Positions 62,699 to 64,000 of a stretch of DNA of 64,000 bases are shown piece by piece. Position 1 is the stretch's first letter; every line of letters begins with the position of its first letter. The DNA comes from a bacterium (GTDB lineage Bacteria > UBA8248), in the NCBI GenBank assembly GCA_965221165.1, contig CBDCRP010000002.1, positions 1,120,001 through 1,184,000 on the forward strand, written 5' to 3'. The notes beneath the pieces were generated by a model that worked only from the letters and a program-made list of their open reading frames with translations, was not told where the DNA came from and searched no databases. The position numbers and the translations under genes are program-made.

Positions 62699-64000
62699 TC
62701 AGCGGAAAAGGTACGCGCTCAGCATCACGAAGATGCCCAGTAGCATCACGAAAAGATAATTCTGAACCATTCCGGACTGCAGATATTTGAATACCTGGGA
62801 AAAAAAACGGATGAAGCTCGCCGTGCCGTTCACTGCGCCGTCCACCGTCCGTAGGTCGAAAATACCCGAAAAGCGGCTCGTCACGACGGTGATGAGCGAA
62901 CTGCCGTTCACCGCGCCGTCCACCACCTTCGCATCGAAGGTCCACAAGCCGCGCATGAGCTTGTAAGTCGGCTCGACGATGCAGGCTTGGTAAATCTCGT
63001 CGATATGGTATTTGCCCAGGAGCAGATAATATATGCCCGGCATGCGTCTGTATAAGCGCCTCGGCGCCTCGGTGTCCTTCACGTACATCATCCACGCCAG
63101 GGCGATGCCGCCCAGGGCGATGGCGATGGCCAGGATGATCAGGAACACCGCCGCCGGCCCGCCGTGCCCGCCGCCATCGGTCGCGGCGTTCATCAGGCGC
63201 ACCCCCTGGTCCATGGCGTGGCCGCCGGCCGGCATCTTCGCCAGCGAGGGCGCCAAGAAGCGGTGTATCCAGCCGCCCTCGGGCGGGAAACCGGGTATTA
63301 CGCCGCCAATCACGCTCAAGACCGCCAGGATGACGAGCGGAACCGTCATCGTGGCGGGAGATTCGTGAATATGCTCGCGGGCGTGATGATCGACGCGCAT
63401 CTCGCCGTGGAACGTCATGAAGATGAGCCGGAACATGTAGAAGGCCGTCATGAAGGCCGCAACGCAGCCCATGACCCAGACCGTGTAGTGCCCCGTGAAG
63501 AATGCGTTCGCCAGAATCTCGTCCTTGCTCCAGAAACCCGCCAGCGGCGGTACGCCCGCGATGGCGATGGCGCCTATCAGGAACGTCCAGTACGTCACGG
63601 GCATCTTGTCCTTCAAGCCGCCCATGTAGCGCATGTCCTGTTGCTGTTCCTCGGGCGCATGGTGAAGCGCGTGGATGACGCTGCCGCTTCCCAAAAAGAG
63701 CAGGCCCTTGAAGAAGGCGTGGGTCATCAGATGGAAGATGGCGGCCGTGAAGGCGCCCACGCCCAGCGCCATGAACATGAAGCCGAGCTGGCTCACCGTG
63801 CTGTAGGCGAGCACGCGCTTGATGTCGTTTTGCACCAGTCCGATGCTCGCGGCGAAAAGGCCCGTGAGCGCGCCGACGATGGCGATGACGCTCATCGCGT
63901 CCGGCCCCATGACGTAGATGGGGCTCGTGCGCGCGACCATGTAGACGCCCGCCGTCACCATGGTGGCGGCGTGGATGAGAGCGCTCACCGGCGTCGGTCC
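62699..64000 (-). CDS. nuoL: NADH-quinone oxidoreductase subunit L (3' part; start outside the window)
   Basis: GPTPVSALIHAATMVTAG, DIKRVLAYSTVSQLG, HAFFKGLLFL, GFWSKD. Confidence 0.96.
   Translation of the reverse strand, partial: GPTPVSALIHAATMVTAGVYMVARTSPIYVMGPDAMSVIAIVGALTGLFAASIGLVQNDIKRVLAYSTVSQLGFMFMALGVGAFTAAIFHLMTHAFFKGLLFLGSGSVIHALHHAPEEQQQDMRYMGGLKDKMPVTYWTFLIGAIAIAGVPPLAGFWSKDEILANAFFTGHYTVWVMGCVAAFMTAFYMFRLIFMTFHGEMRVDHHAREHIHESPATMTVPLVILAVLSVIGGVIPGFPPEGGWIHRFLAPSLAKMPAGGHAMDQGVRLMNAATDGGGHGGPAAVFLIILAIAIALGGIALAWMMYVKDTEAPRRLYRRMPGIYYLLLGKYHIDEIYQACIVEPTYKLMRGLWTFDAKVVDGAVNGSSLITVVTSRFSGIFDLRTVDGAVNGTASFIRFFSQVFKYLQSGMVQNYLFVMLLGIFVMLSAYLFR

Overview
A GC-rich, probably diderm bacterial chromosome segment. 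It is mostly catabolic and transport genes: purine/nucleoside deaminases, three ABC importers, an acyl-CoA/TPP operon and an Xdh-family molybdoenzyme. A decayed mobile region at about 9.5-24.7 kb holds two IS3 copies, an IS1595, a VapE fragment, a toxin-antitoxin pair and a tyrosine integrase. The window ends in core genes (tRNA-Phe, nuoN-M-L). The strongest hidden signal is two genes that the ORF track splits at an in-frame TGA lying where the family has its catalytic Cys. One is a DsbA/FrnE-like protein (SDFT-U-PYC, 15759-16409) and the other an OsmC/Ohr-like protein (GVGF-U-LLTQ, 56569-57138). Each TGA is followed by a short hairpin with a GU-containing loop 21-23 nt downstream, which suggests selenoproteins with SECIS-like elements. 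The DsbA-like gene overlaps a three-repeat CMD/AhpD-family gene inside an ABC-importer operon, a candidate uncharacterised Se-redox/catabolic module. Also notable are a tandemly amplified MMPL/RND + LolA-like + outer-membrane barrel + MpaB/Lcp-type oxygenase locus, and a candidate sigma54-driven sRNA between the HAD gene and nuoN. All family calls come from motif recognition by eye; no searches or folding calculations were run.
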